A stretch of DNA of 32,000 bases, from the NCBI RefSeq assembly GCF_000172995.2, contig NC_014729.1:2340001-2372000 (forward strand). Reading direction: 5' to 3'. The notes under the pieces were generated by a model. It was not told where the DNA came from. It did not search any database and was given only the letters and a program-made list of their open reading frames with translations. Source of the DNA: Halogeometricum borinquense DSM 11551. GTDB taxonomy: Archaea > Halobacteriota > Halobacteria > Halobacteriales > Haloferacaceae. A program made the position numbers and the translations under genes. Shown here in pieces: positions 1 through 8,018 of the stretch; within the stretch, counting starts at the first letter, position 1, and each line of letters opens with the position of its first letter.

Positions 1-514
1 CTTCCTCTTCGCCGTAGAGACGCGACCCCATCGGGAGCAACCAGTTGTAGACGACCCGAGCGCTCGTGTCGTTGAACGTGTCGAAGAACACCACGTCCTT
101 CGAGACGCGTGCCATCTCAGCGAGGAACTTCGCAGGCGTGTCCGCGAGGTGGAAAAACCGCATCGCAAACACTGCGTCGAAGTGGTCATCCGGGAACGGC
201 AGACGCGCTGCGTCACCACGGAGGAACTCCACATGGTCGGCTACGCCAGCCCGTCTGGCCTTTTCACGTCCCTGTTGCATCATCGCGCGCGAGATGTCGA
301 GTCCGACGATGTCCGCGCCGCGTTCAGCGAGCATGACCGTGAACCGACCCGTCCCGCAGGCTATTTCGAGAACGTCCTTGTCTTCGACGGGGCCAACAGC
401 ATCGAGGACGGCTTGCTTCTCTCGGTGGTCGATGAGTCGCCCGCCGCGAGAGAATCGCTTCGAGTCGTACTCTTGGGCGACGTCGTCCGCCTGGTACCAC
501 TCTTTTCCTTTCAC
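1..514 (-). CDS. class I SAM-dependent methyltransferase (3' end runs off the window edge)
   Basis: My own minus-strand translation from GTG at 512-514 gives MKGKEWYQADDVAQEYDSKRF...DVLEIACGTGRFTVMLAERGADIVGLDIS...LPFPDDHFDAVF. This carries SAM-binding motif I (ExxxGxG) and the post-I acidic residue. It is absent from the ORF track because there is no stop codon inside the window. Confidence 0.8.
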   Translation of the reverse strand, partial: MKGKEWYQADDVAQEYDSKRFSRGGRLIDHREKQAVLDAVGPVEDKDVLEIACGTGRFTVMLAERGADIVGLDISRAMMQQGREKARRAGVADHVEFLRGDAARLPFPDDHFDAVFAMRFFHLADTPAKFLAEMARVSKDVVFFDTFNDTSARVVYNWLLPMGSRLYGEEE

Positions 515-691
515 ACTAACCGGTACTGAACACCGACGGACTAAAACCGTACTGGATACCGTCCAGCGTCGGCTGACTGCCGACGAAATCGCGTGACTGC
601 GTCGCCGTCACCAATAGCACGCACAGATCACCCAAGAAATGGGTCCCGTTGGTGAGTCAAGAGACAGGCACGTTGGCAGGTGGAGAACCAG

Positions 692-1132
692 TTACCCGTT
701 CGTGACGACGTTTTCGGCGGGAATACGGATGATAACTCGCGGCCCCGACTCCTCGCCGTGATGCGGGTATTTGTCCACGCCCATGTACTGACGGGCGAGT
801 TTGTCCACGTGGGCGTCCGCTCCGTCGCCTATCAACTCCGCCTCTCCGCGGACAGAGACATACCGATACGGGTCGTCCGGGTCGGTGACGGAGACGCCGA
901 CTTTCGGATCGCGTTCGATGTTCGTGACCTTTCGCCGGCCGCGAGCGCTGTTGAGCAACACGTATTCGCCGTTCTCGTGGTCAACCCAGACGGGCGTGAC
1001 TTGCGGCGTCCCGTCGGGCATGTTCGTGGCAACCTGAGCGAACGACTCTTTCTCGAAGATGTCGCGGTGGGACTCGGGAATCATGATCGACATCTCTCTC
1101 GGTGGCGACAAAAACTGTCCGTCCGAGGTCAT
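692..1132 (-). CDS. pyridoxamine 5'-phosphate oxidase (PPOX) family / F420- or FMN-binding split-barrel protein
   Basis: 146-aa ORF. IPESHRDIFEKESFAQVATNMPDGTPQVTPVWVD...NSARGRRKVTNIERDPKVGVSV...YRYVSVRGEAE is the typical PPOX-class signature. The start could instead be the internal ATG at 1093 (MSIMIPESH). Confidence 0.8.
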   Translation of the reverse strand: MTSDGQFLSPPREMSIMIPESHRDIFEKESFAQVATNMPDGTPQVTPVWVDHENGEYVLLNSARGRRKVTNIERDPKVGVSVTDPDDPYRYVSVRGEAELIGDGADAHVDKLARQYMGVDKYPHHGEESGPRVIIRIPAENVVTNG

Positions 1133-1221
1133 TATATTCCCTTGTGTGTGTATTATGTGTCTGGATTATTTTGTCACACTTGTAGGCAACCTTTACCAAG
1201 GCCCACGGTATTTGGTGTGGT

Positions 1222-1494
1222 ATGAGCACCAGTACCGCAGAGATGAACCGCGAGGACTCCCTTTCGGAGGGCGAGTTCCGCGAACGGCTTCGTGAGCTTC
1301 CCCCCAGTGCGAAACTTGTCGCCAAAGTGTTAGAAGGTGACGCACCGCTTTCGCAGGGCGAACTCGCTGAGGAGTCACTGCTCCCCGACCGCACTGTCCG
1401 CTACGCGCTCAATCGGCTCGAAGAGACCGAACTCGTCAGTTCACGTTACAGTTTCAAGGACGCACGCAAGCAAGTCTACTTCCTCAACACGTAG
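1222..1494 (+). CDS. small winged helix-turn-helix (MarR/ArsR-like) transcriptional regulator
   Basis: 90-aa acidic ORF. AKVLEGDAPLSQGELAEESLLPDRTVRYALNRLEETELV reads as an HTH plus wing. It is divergent from the PPOX gene across an AT-rich promoter region (1133-1221). Confidence 0.7.
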   Translation: MSTSTAEMNREDSLSEGEFRERLRELPPSAKLVAKVLEGDAPLSQGELAEESLLPDRTVRYALNRLEETELVSSRYSFKDARKQVYFLNT

Positions 1495-1566
1495 ACGAGC
1501 GAGTCGTGAACGGTGGTCACAGCACGTACTGACCAAGCCAACCGCCGCCGTTCACCTCAGTAACGG

Positions 1567-1572
1567 TTTTTT
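1567..1572 (+). terminator. oligo-T tract, possible archaeal intrinsic terminator after the wHTH gene
   Basis: A T6 run (ggttttttcg) lies about 70 nt after the stop at 1494, in otherwise GC-rich DNA. Confidence 0.3.
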
Positions 1573-1595
1573 CGCGGCCACGTGAACCCAGAGTC

Positions 1596-2372
1596 GTGAC
1601 GCTCCCCACTCGCGTTTCGGTCCCGACCCGCGCACCCACAGGTGCGACGAACGCGTATCTCGTAGGCACCGAGCGGGCGCTCCTCGTTGATCCGGCCGGG
1701 CGAACCGACGAACTGGACGAACTCGTCGCCGAGTCGAACGTCGAACACATCGCCGTCACGCACACGCACCCCGATCACACGGACGCCGTCGCGGCGTACG
1801 CCGCAGCGACTGACGCGACAGTGTGGTGTCGCCGCGGACGCAAGAGACGATTCATCGACGCGACGGGAATCGAACCCGACCGAACGTTCGTCGAAGGCGA
1901 CGTGATCCCCGCTGGACACGGTGTCACTGTCCTCGACACGCCCGGTCACGCACCCGATCACGTGGCGTTCGAAGGCAACTTCGGCGTCATCTGCGGTGAT
2001 CTCGCGGTTGCGGAAGGGAGTGTCGTCGTCGGTGCGCCGGAGGGGAGCATCCGCGCGTATCTCGTGGCACTCCGCCGTCTTCACGCGAGAGATCCACCCA
2101 CGCTGTTCCCCGGCCACGGACCGAATATCACTGATCCGCAAGCGACGTGCGATCGATTGGTTCGCCACCGAATCAACCGAGAACGGCGAATCCTCGACAC
2201 CGTGACAGACGGGGCGTCGGACGTGGAATCAGTACTCGACGCCGCTTACGACAAAGATCTCTCCGGCGTCCGCGACTTGGCCCGTGCCACGGTCGTCGCT
2301 CACATCGAGAAACTCGCCGCCGAGGGGCGCGTCCACTACGACCGGGAGGCGAATCGGGTCATTCCAGTCTAA
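1596..2372 (+). CDS. MBL-fold metallo-hydrolase
   Basis: 258 aa with the HxHxDH motif (VTHTHPDHTDA), a downstream TPGHAPDH and an FPGHG histidine. Confidence 0.85.
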   Translation: MTLPTRVSVPTRAPTGATNAYLVGTERALLVDPAGRTDELDELVAESNVEHIAVTHTHPDHTDAVAAYAAATDATVWCRRGRKRRFIDATGIEPDRTFVEGDVIPAGHGVTVLDTPGHAPDHVAFEGNFGVICGDLAVAEGSVVVGAPEGSIRAYLVALRRLHARDPPTLFPGHGPNITDPQATCDRLVRHRINRERRILDTVTDGASDVESVLDAAYDKDLSGVRDLARATVVAHIEKLAAEGRVHYDREANRVIPV

Positions 2373-2408
2373 GAGAGCGCTTTTCCGTTCACGTGCCCAA
2401 GCGGCGGT

Positions 2409-3155
2409 GTGAGTCACGCCGGACCGACGCTAGAGGATGAACTCGAACGGGCGCGCGACCTGTCGGTAGCCGAACTCGCGGACGCTATCGAGTCGATTGG
2501 GTTCGAGTGTACACGGTGCGGTGCCTGCTGTAAGGGCCACGGTCCCGCCGACGACCGAGAGCCGCACACGGCGACAGTGTTTCCCGACGAAGTGCGGGCG
2601 GTTCAGGATGCCACCGAGACCGAATCGTACGACTGGCGCGACGTGGCCCGCCCGATGCCGTACGGTCTCACCGAAGGCGACGACGGCCCGGAGGGCGAGA
2701 CGTTCGAGTGGGCGCTGCAGACCGATGCGTGCGGCGACTGCGTGTTCTACGAAGAGTCCGAAGGCGCGGACGGGACGACCGGTGCCTGTTCCATCCATTC
2801 GGACCGACCGCTTATCTGCGAGACGTACCCGTTCAGCGTTGCACTCGGCGGAACGAGTCAGCCGATGGGCGAAGCAGTAGACAGCGTGGCGCTGGGAGAC
2901 CAACAGGACCCCGACGAGACTGACGACGAGGCGATGACGGTTCGTGCCCACGAGTGCGAAGGCCTCGGGCGAGACATCTCCCGCGAGGACGCGGAGGAAC
3001 TCGCCGCAGCGTTGAAAGAACGCGCGGTTCGAGAACTCGAAGAGGCAATCGGCGTCAGAGACGAGTACGAACCCGTACAAACCGAATCCGGCGAGGTAGT
3101 CGTCCACGACTCCGAAGGGGCGAAAAACCCTGACGGGACGCCCATCGAAGAGTAA
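2409..3155 (+). CDS. YkgJ-family (UPF0153) cysteine-cluster protein, putative Fe-S/Zn binding
   Basis: 248 aa with a GTG start. It has a CTRCGACC motif, a later CGDCVFYE...GACSIHSDRPLICETYPF, and an acidic C-terminal tail. Confidence 0.7.
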   Translation: MSHAGPTLEDELERARDLSVAELADAIESIGFECTRCGACCKGHGPADDREPHTATVFPDEVRAVQDATETESYDWRDVARPMPYGLTEGDDGPEGETFEWALQTDACGDCVFYEESEGADGTTGACSIHSDRPLICETYPFSVALGGTSQPMGEAVDSVALGDQQDPDETDDEAMTVRAHECEGLGRDISREDAEELAAALKERAVRELEEAIGVRDEYEPVQTESGEVVVHDSEGAKNPDGTPIEE

Positions 3156-3282
3156 ACTGCCGGGAAAGCGCGTACTCAGAGAGTCATTCTGCGGAGCGAT
3201 TATCTCCTGTGAGCGGCGACAGATACCTGTCCGAACGCGTGACCGCGGCGGTACACATTTAACACTCCCGCGAGACGTTCGC

Positions 3283-3705
3283 GTGGAGGTCTACACGGTG
3301 GAAATCTCAGATAAACTCCTGTGTCTGTTCAACACCGACGTGCGCGCGGAGGACGACCAGTACGTGGTCGAAGTTCCGAAGCGTGAAGTCGAATCCGGAA
3401 CCGTCGAACCCGGAGAAACGTATCGCGTCGCTCTCATCTCTCGTGAAGCGGTCGAAGAGGCTGAGTCGGTCGAAACGAGTGCCGCGACAACTCCGTCGTC
3501 CGAACCGCAACCCCCAGTCGAGATCGGAGAACTCCGATACGTTGAGATCGAAGACATCGGCAAGCAGGGAGACGGTATCGCACGCGTCGAACGCGGATAC
3601 GTCATCATCGTACCCGGTGCCGAAGTGGGTGACCGAGTGAAAATAGAAGTCACGGAGGTCAAGTCCAACTTCGCCGTCGGCGAAGTCATCGAAGAGGACT
3701 TCTAA
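3283..3705 (+). CDS. TRAM domain-containing (RNA-binding) protein
   Basis: 140 aa. The C-terminal stretch IEDIGKQGDGIARVERGYVIIVPGAEVGDRVKIEVTEVKSNFAVGEVI is a classic TRAM fold signature. An acidic linker precedes it. Confidence 0.8.
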   Translation: MEVYTVEISDKLLCLFNTDVRAEDDQYVVEVPKREVESGTVEPGETYRVALISREAVEEAESVETSAATTPSSEPQPPVEIGELRYVEIEDIGKQGDGIARVERGYVIIVPGAEVGDRVKIEVTEVKSNFAVGEVIEEDF

Positions 3706-3942
3706 CACCCACTTTTGCAGTTCGGGTCGCGCAAAACGCGACCACTCTCGCAAGAACAACCGCTCTTGGCTCACGAGACGCGCGGTGTCTCGTGACCCGC
3801 AGAAAAAGTGGATCAAAACGTTTCCGCGCCGTGTCCGTGTTCGGACACTCGGCGCGGTACACTCTCTTACGTCGTTTCGAGTGTCGTCTGCACGACGCGA
3901 ACGCAGCCCAGTGGCAAGAACACGGCCCGCCGGGCCAGTTGC

Positions 3943-5670
3943 TCAGTCCGCCCGGTGTTCTACCGGATAGCTGTCGGTGAACTTCGAGAAGTCAACGTCA
4001 GCGGCGGATACCTCGTCCGCTGAGGCGTAGGGGCGATTGATGACGATGTCGCCCGCGGTGCGCTTGCCAATCCCGGGAATGGACGTGAGTTCGTCCATGC
4101 TGGCCTCGTTCGGGTCGAGTGGGTGCGGGACGCCCGTCACAGAACGGTAGCCGTGATCGACGACGGCCACGTCGATGGTCTGTCCGAGTTCGCGTTCGCC
4201 CGGAATCCCCACGAGAAGCGGATACGTCCCGAGTTGCCGACCGAACGTCTTGCCGTCCTGATGGTATTCGAGATGGACGTTCGGAAGCACCGTCCCGGCG
4301 GGAGCGACGCGCCGGAGCATCGGCTGGTCGATCTCCTCGCGGACTTGCTTTTTGTACGCTTGGAAGCGTTTCTTGTGTTCTTTGGCGATGTTTGCGCCCT
4401 CGTCTGCCATCTCCGTCCCCTCGAAGGCCATCACTTGCCGGATGTTGATCCGTCGCACCATCAACCCGGCGTCGTAGACGCGGTGGAGGAAGCGCTTGTT
4501 GTGCTCGAACGTCTCCTCACGCTCGCCCTTCAGGCCGTGCAGAAGGTTGATTCCGGGCAGGAGTTTCGGGAGACGGTTCGAGGCGTCGGGACCGTGCGTC
4601 GGCGCGTTGTCCGGAGTTTCGCCGGGACGCCATCCTGCCTCCTCGTTGACGATCTTAACCGCCTCAAAACATTCGTCGGCAGTCACGTTGAGCGTGTTCG
4701 CCTCCTGTACGACAGGGTCGGCCGACTCTAAGCCGAAGGCGGCGGTGTCACCCGGCGTGTTGTGTTCTGCGATGATTCGAATACATTCGCGGGCTTTCTC
4801 GGGCCACTTGACGACCGTGATCGGGTTCATGTTGTCGAGGTGGAGCGTCTGCAAGTCTGGAGCCACCTCGCGGATACCGCCGTACAGTCGTCGGAGCGCG
4901 TCCGGATTCGGTGCCTCGCCGTCGCCGCCGAACGCGAGGATGTCCGCCTGTCGGCCGAGACGGAAGTGTTTGGCACCTCTAGCCGAGAGATTCTCCACTT
5001 CGCGGACGACGGACTCCGCGGTGCGGAACGCCGGGTTGCCGTACATCGGTTCCGTACAGAACGAACACCGGTAGGCGCACCCGCGCGAGGTCTCCATCTC
5101 ACAGATGAGGTAGTCGGGGTGGTTCGGGTGTTGTTCGACGACGAACGCACCTTTGGCGGCCCAGCGGTCAAGTTCCTCGTTGTCGCGGTAGCGGTTGTTG
5201 AACCCCTCCAAGCCGCTATCTACGAGGTCGTACGCGGCGGCTTCGACGTCGGCCATCGCCAAGTAGTCGTAGTCGAGATTCCGCCGCTCCATCTCCTGTG
5301 CGCCGGCGTTCTCCTCGCCGACGCCGAAGCGGATGGGACCGCCCATGACGGAGACGCCGTCAGCAGTCCATGCGAGTTCTCGCACTTCGTCCGGTTCGGC
5401 GGGCGTGCCCCCGACGTACTTGCCGGGGACGGTCATGCCGCCGATGTAGAGCATCAGGTCGGCATCGGCCACATCAGCCCATTTTTGTCTGTCGTCGCGG
5501 AGTTCGTCTATCGTGTGGTACGTAACGTTCTCCTCGGGGACGCCAGCGTCAACGAGGGCACCGGCCGTAAAGCGCGGATACGTCGAAATGTAGGGCGGCA
5601 CGCCGAAGTGTGCCGGTTCATCGACGTAGCCGTCCACGAGCGTCACGGTGAGGTCGGCCGGGTCGGTCAT
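3943..5670 (-). CDS. radical SAM protein with C-terminal helix-hairpin-helix motif
   Basis: CxxxCxxC motif (SRGCAYRCSFCTEP) and C-terminal LTSIPGIGKRTAGDIV (HhH). I place the start at ATG 5668-5670 (MTDPADLTVTLVDGY). The 88 upstream residues of the track ORF are R/G/S-rich and overlap the 3' end of the neighbouring gene. Confidence 0.85.
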   Translation of the reverse strand: MTDPADLTVTLVDGYVDEPAHFGVPPYISTYPRFTAGALVDAGVPEENVTYHTIDELRDDRQKWADVADADLMLYIGGMTVPGKYVGGTPAEPDEVRELAWTADGVSVMGGPIRFGVGEENAGAQEMERRNLDYDYLAMADVEAAAYDLVDSGLEGFNNRYRDNEELDRWAAKGAFVVEQHPNHPDYLICEMETSRGCAYRCSFCTEPMYGNPAFRTAESVVREVENLSARGAKHFRLGRQADILAFGGDGEAPNPDALRRLYGGIREVAPDLQTLHLDNMNPITVVKWPEKARECIRIIAEHNTPGDTAAFGLESADPVVQEANTLNVTADECFEAVKIVNEEAGWRPGETPDNAPTHGPDASNRLPKLLPGINLLHGLKGEREETFEHNKRFLHRVYDAGLMVRRINIRQVMAFEGTEMADEGANIAKEHKKRFQAYKKQVREEIDQPMLRRVAPAGTVLPNVHLEYHQDGKTFGRQLGTYPLLVGIPGERELGQTIDVAVVDHGYRSVTGVPHPLDPNEASMDELTSIPGIGKRTAGDIVINRPYASADEVSAADVDFSKFTDSYPVEHRAD

Positions 5671-5746
5671 GTGGCAACCCAGACGGTGGACGGGTAAAAC
5701 GGTGACTACCTCGAAGCGAGGGTGGGCGGGCGCGACAGCACACGTC

Positions 5747-7024
5747 TCAGACGCTGAATATGAACGCGGACCCGCCGGGGAAGAACGGCGCGCCCACGAT
5801 AGCGAACCGTGAGTCCACGGCGACTGACCGCCCGAACTGCTTGTCTTCAGTCGGACTCGTCCCCGCAAGCGTCGCCCGCCGAACCCACCGCCCGCGACGG
5901 CGGATGTAGGGATACGCTTCGCCACCGTCCTCACCGACGCCCGGTGCGCCGATCACCGTGTGGTCGTTCAGCATGTCGATTGCGGCCCCGAACCGGTCGC
6001 CCGGTTCTCCGCTGGGACCGACGAGACGCTCTTGGAAGATCCAGCGGCGTTGAGGTACCGCCCGACGTTCGTAGACACTGACCGACCCGGGCACGTCTGA
6101 ACTGGAACGGCCGGTAGCGAACTGATCCGATCCCACGAGTACGATATTTCTGTCCGTGGCGACGGCTGCACCGACCCCGGGAGCGTCATCGGCACCGACC
6201 AACCGGCCCGTCTGTCGCCACCCGCGCTTACCGCCCCTGAAGACGAACGCGGCACCGACAGGATGGTCGTCGTTCTCTGCGCGCGGTGCGCCGACGACGA
6301 CGCGTTGTTGTTCGATATCGACCGCGTGCCCGAATAAATCGTCAGGCGCGCCGTCGTCCGGTTCGAGTTCCGTCAGGAACGACCACTCGCCGTTTCCGAA
6401 CTCGAAAACGTACGCTCCCGACGGATTGTCACGCACGTCGTCACGGACCGGGTCCCGTAACCAAAGCGGAGATTCGGTGACGGCGATTCGAGGGAACGAA
6501 AGCGCGACCGCCTGACCGAACGAAGCGTTCTCACGCGGTGTCGGCGCGTGAAGTCTGTGACGCAACTCCCACCGACCGGCTGAGCGCCGGTAGACGTACA
6601 CTTCGCCCGCATGTTCGACGTCACCCACCTTGGCAAACGGCGCGCTAACGACGAGATGGCGATCCTCCGCGTCCAGATCGTATCCGAAGAGATCGATGGA
6701 ATCGTTCGGCGACGGAATCAGCGGCTGTTGGGTCCACGTTCCGGAGCGACGTATTCCCAGATCAACGAATCCGGTAATTCGTTCGTCCACGACACCCCCC
6801 GGAGCGCCGACGAACGCCCGATTACCGTCAAGCGCCGAGCTGAGTCCGTAGAACGTGTCTTCGTCCGGATCGCCCGTATTACGCGTCAGTATCGCTACCC
6901 GTTCGAACCGCTCGGCCGCAGCCCCTCCTGTCCCCATCCCGAGGGCACCAACACCCGCGACGGCACCGAGAAACGTCCGTCGAGCGAGCGTCGCACGCCG
7001 ATCCCGAATTGTATCAGTGCTCAT
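5747..7024 (-). CDS. Tat-secreted FG-GAP repeat (beta-propeller) protein
   Basis: The twin-arginine signal is RRATLARRTFLGAVAGVGALG. About seven repeats of the F-G-x-[AS]-[VIL] ... VGAP type are present (LFGYDLD, SFGQAVAL, LFGHAVDI, RFGAAIDM, QFGRSVAV). An ATG at 7022-7024 follows an AT-rich TATA region. The track start at 7045 is a TTG. Confidence 0.75.
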   Translation of the reverse strand: MSTDTIRDRRATLARRTFLGAVAGVGALGMGTGGAAAERFERVAILTRNTGDPDEDTFYGLSSALDGNRAFVGAPGGVVDERITGFVDLGIRRSGTWTQQPLIPSPNDSIDLFGYDLDAEDRHLVVSAPFAKVGDVEHAGEVYVYRRSAGRWELRHRLHAPTPRENASFGQAVALSFPRIAVTESPLWLRDPVRDDVRDNPSGAYVFEFGNGEWSFLTELEPDDGAPDDLFGHAVDIEQQRVVVGAPRAENDDHPVGAAFVFRGGKRGWRQTGRLVGADDAPGVGAAVATDRNIVLVGSDQFATGRSSSDVPGSVSVYERRAVPQRRWIFQERLVGPSGEPGDRFGAAIDMLNDHTVIGAPGVGEDGGEAYPYIRRRGRWVRRATLAGTSPTEDKQFGRSVAVDSRFAIVGAPFFPGGSAFIFSV

Positions 7025-7281
7025 ATATTCACACAGCCTGTCCAAAATAATAATTATAATTCAGTGTTTTCTTGAGTATCAGGGATTCCATTACGATTAC
7101 GCGACGAGTACTATTGATCTCTTTTCCGCACCTGAGAACGCAGAAGGACGAATGCTACGACTCGCTTTCCACTGTTGACTCGCCGTTCGGCACCGCGTGG
7201 TGAGTACGAGAAGACCGGGGTACGGCGGCGAGGGAGACCGAAGCCCGCGTGTTTATCATCGTGGCGAAACAACGTCTAGCC

Positions 7282-7440
7282 ATGCCTGCGACCCTCGAAG
7301 TGAAGTGTACGGATTCGGACTGCGAACTTGATATGTTCGAGATGCACTACACGTACGATATGCCGGACGATGTAGGCGTCGAGGACTTCGCCTGTCCGTA
7401 CTGCCGAGGGACCGACAGTCTCGAACCCATCGAACTATGA
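7282..7440 (+). CDS. small zinc-finger micro-protein (CxxxxC ... CxxC)
   Basis: MPATLEVKCTDSDCELDMF...DFACPYCRGTDSLEPIEL (52 aa). The TATA-like GTTTATCA lies 23 nt upstream of ATG 7282. The stop overlaps the hsp20 start (ATGA at 7437-7440). Confidence 0.55.
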   Translation: MPATLEVKCTDSDCELDMFEMHYTYDMPDDVGVEDFACPYCRGTDSLEPIEL

Positions 7441-8009
7441 ATCGGCTGAAAGAGTTCGGCGAGTCGGCCGCACGGAGCGTTCTCGAACGAATCGGGCGTG
7501 GCGTCAGCCGAGTTCAAGAACAGAAACCGCTGCCGTACGACCTGCTGGAGAGCGACGATGCCTACCTCGTCGTCTTCGACGCACCCGGAGTCCAACGAAG
7601 CGACGTGCAGGTCCGCTTTCTCAACGGAGAGGTACAGGTCCGAATCGACCGCTTCCGCGACTTCCACGAGGGATTCGAGATGCGCTTCCCGGGTCGCGGC
7701 CTATCGCTCGACGGCGGCGCGGAACTCCCCGACGACGCGGCTGTCGATGCAACCGGCGCGAGTGCAACGCTAACCGCCAACGGGACGCTTCGCGTCGAGA
7801 TTCCGAAAGACGAGCAGGCTCACGACGTGGTCGTCACCGATGAAGAAAACGAGCACGCCGAAGAGGCGGATTCGAGGGCTGACTCCGATTCAACGGCTGG
7901 CTCAGATCCAACCGCAGACTCCGATTCGGCAGTGGACGCTGACTCGACCGACGTAGCTGACCACGCGGGCGATGGCGAAGATGCTGACGAGGACGCCCTC
8001 GACAACTAA
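7437..8009 (+). CDS. hsp20: Hsp20/alpha-crystallin family small heat-shock protein with acidic repeat tail
   Basis: DDAYLVVFDAPGVQRSDVQVRFLNGEVQVRIDR ... ASATLTANGTLRVEIPK is the alpha-crystallin domain pattern. The C-terminus is D/S/A-rich and of low complexity. Confidence 0.85.
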   Translation: MNRLKEFGESAARSVLERIGRGVSRVQEQKPLPYDLLESDDAYLVVFDAPGVQRSDVQVRFLNGEVQVRIDRFRDFHEGFEMRFPGRGLSLDGGAELPDDAAVDATGASATLTANGTLRVEIPKDEQAHDVVVTDEENEHAEEADSRADSDSTAGSDPTADSDSAVDADSTDVADHAGDGEDADEDALDN

Positions 8010-8018
8010 TCTGACGTA

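Noticed and set aside
1133-1221. AT-rich patches at 1133-1221 and 7040-7110 considered as foreign-DNA or integration boundaries.
   Set aside because: Both sit exactly between divergently transcribed genes, at distances that fit TATA boxes, so they are most simply divergent promoter regions. No att-like repeats or integrase genes lie nearby.
5671-5934. Upstream extensions of track ORFs: radical SAM to 5934, ATPase to 26755, 17469-18272, 26978-27877, 20994-21989, 21869-22441 and 26506-27120.
   Set aside because: The extensions overlap the 3' end of the preceding gene and have R/S/P-rich composition. Internal ATG/GTG codons sit at canonical positions, either coupled to the upstream stop or 22-23 nt after a TATA box.
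7860-7960. Imperfect tandem DNA repeats (gctgactccgattc-like) considered as a distinct repeat element.
   Set aside because: They lie in frame inside the hsp20 acidic tail and simply encode low-complexity D/S/A/T sequence.
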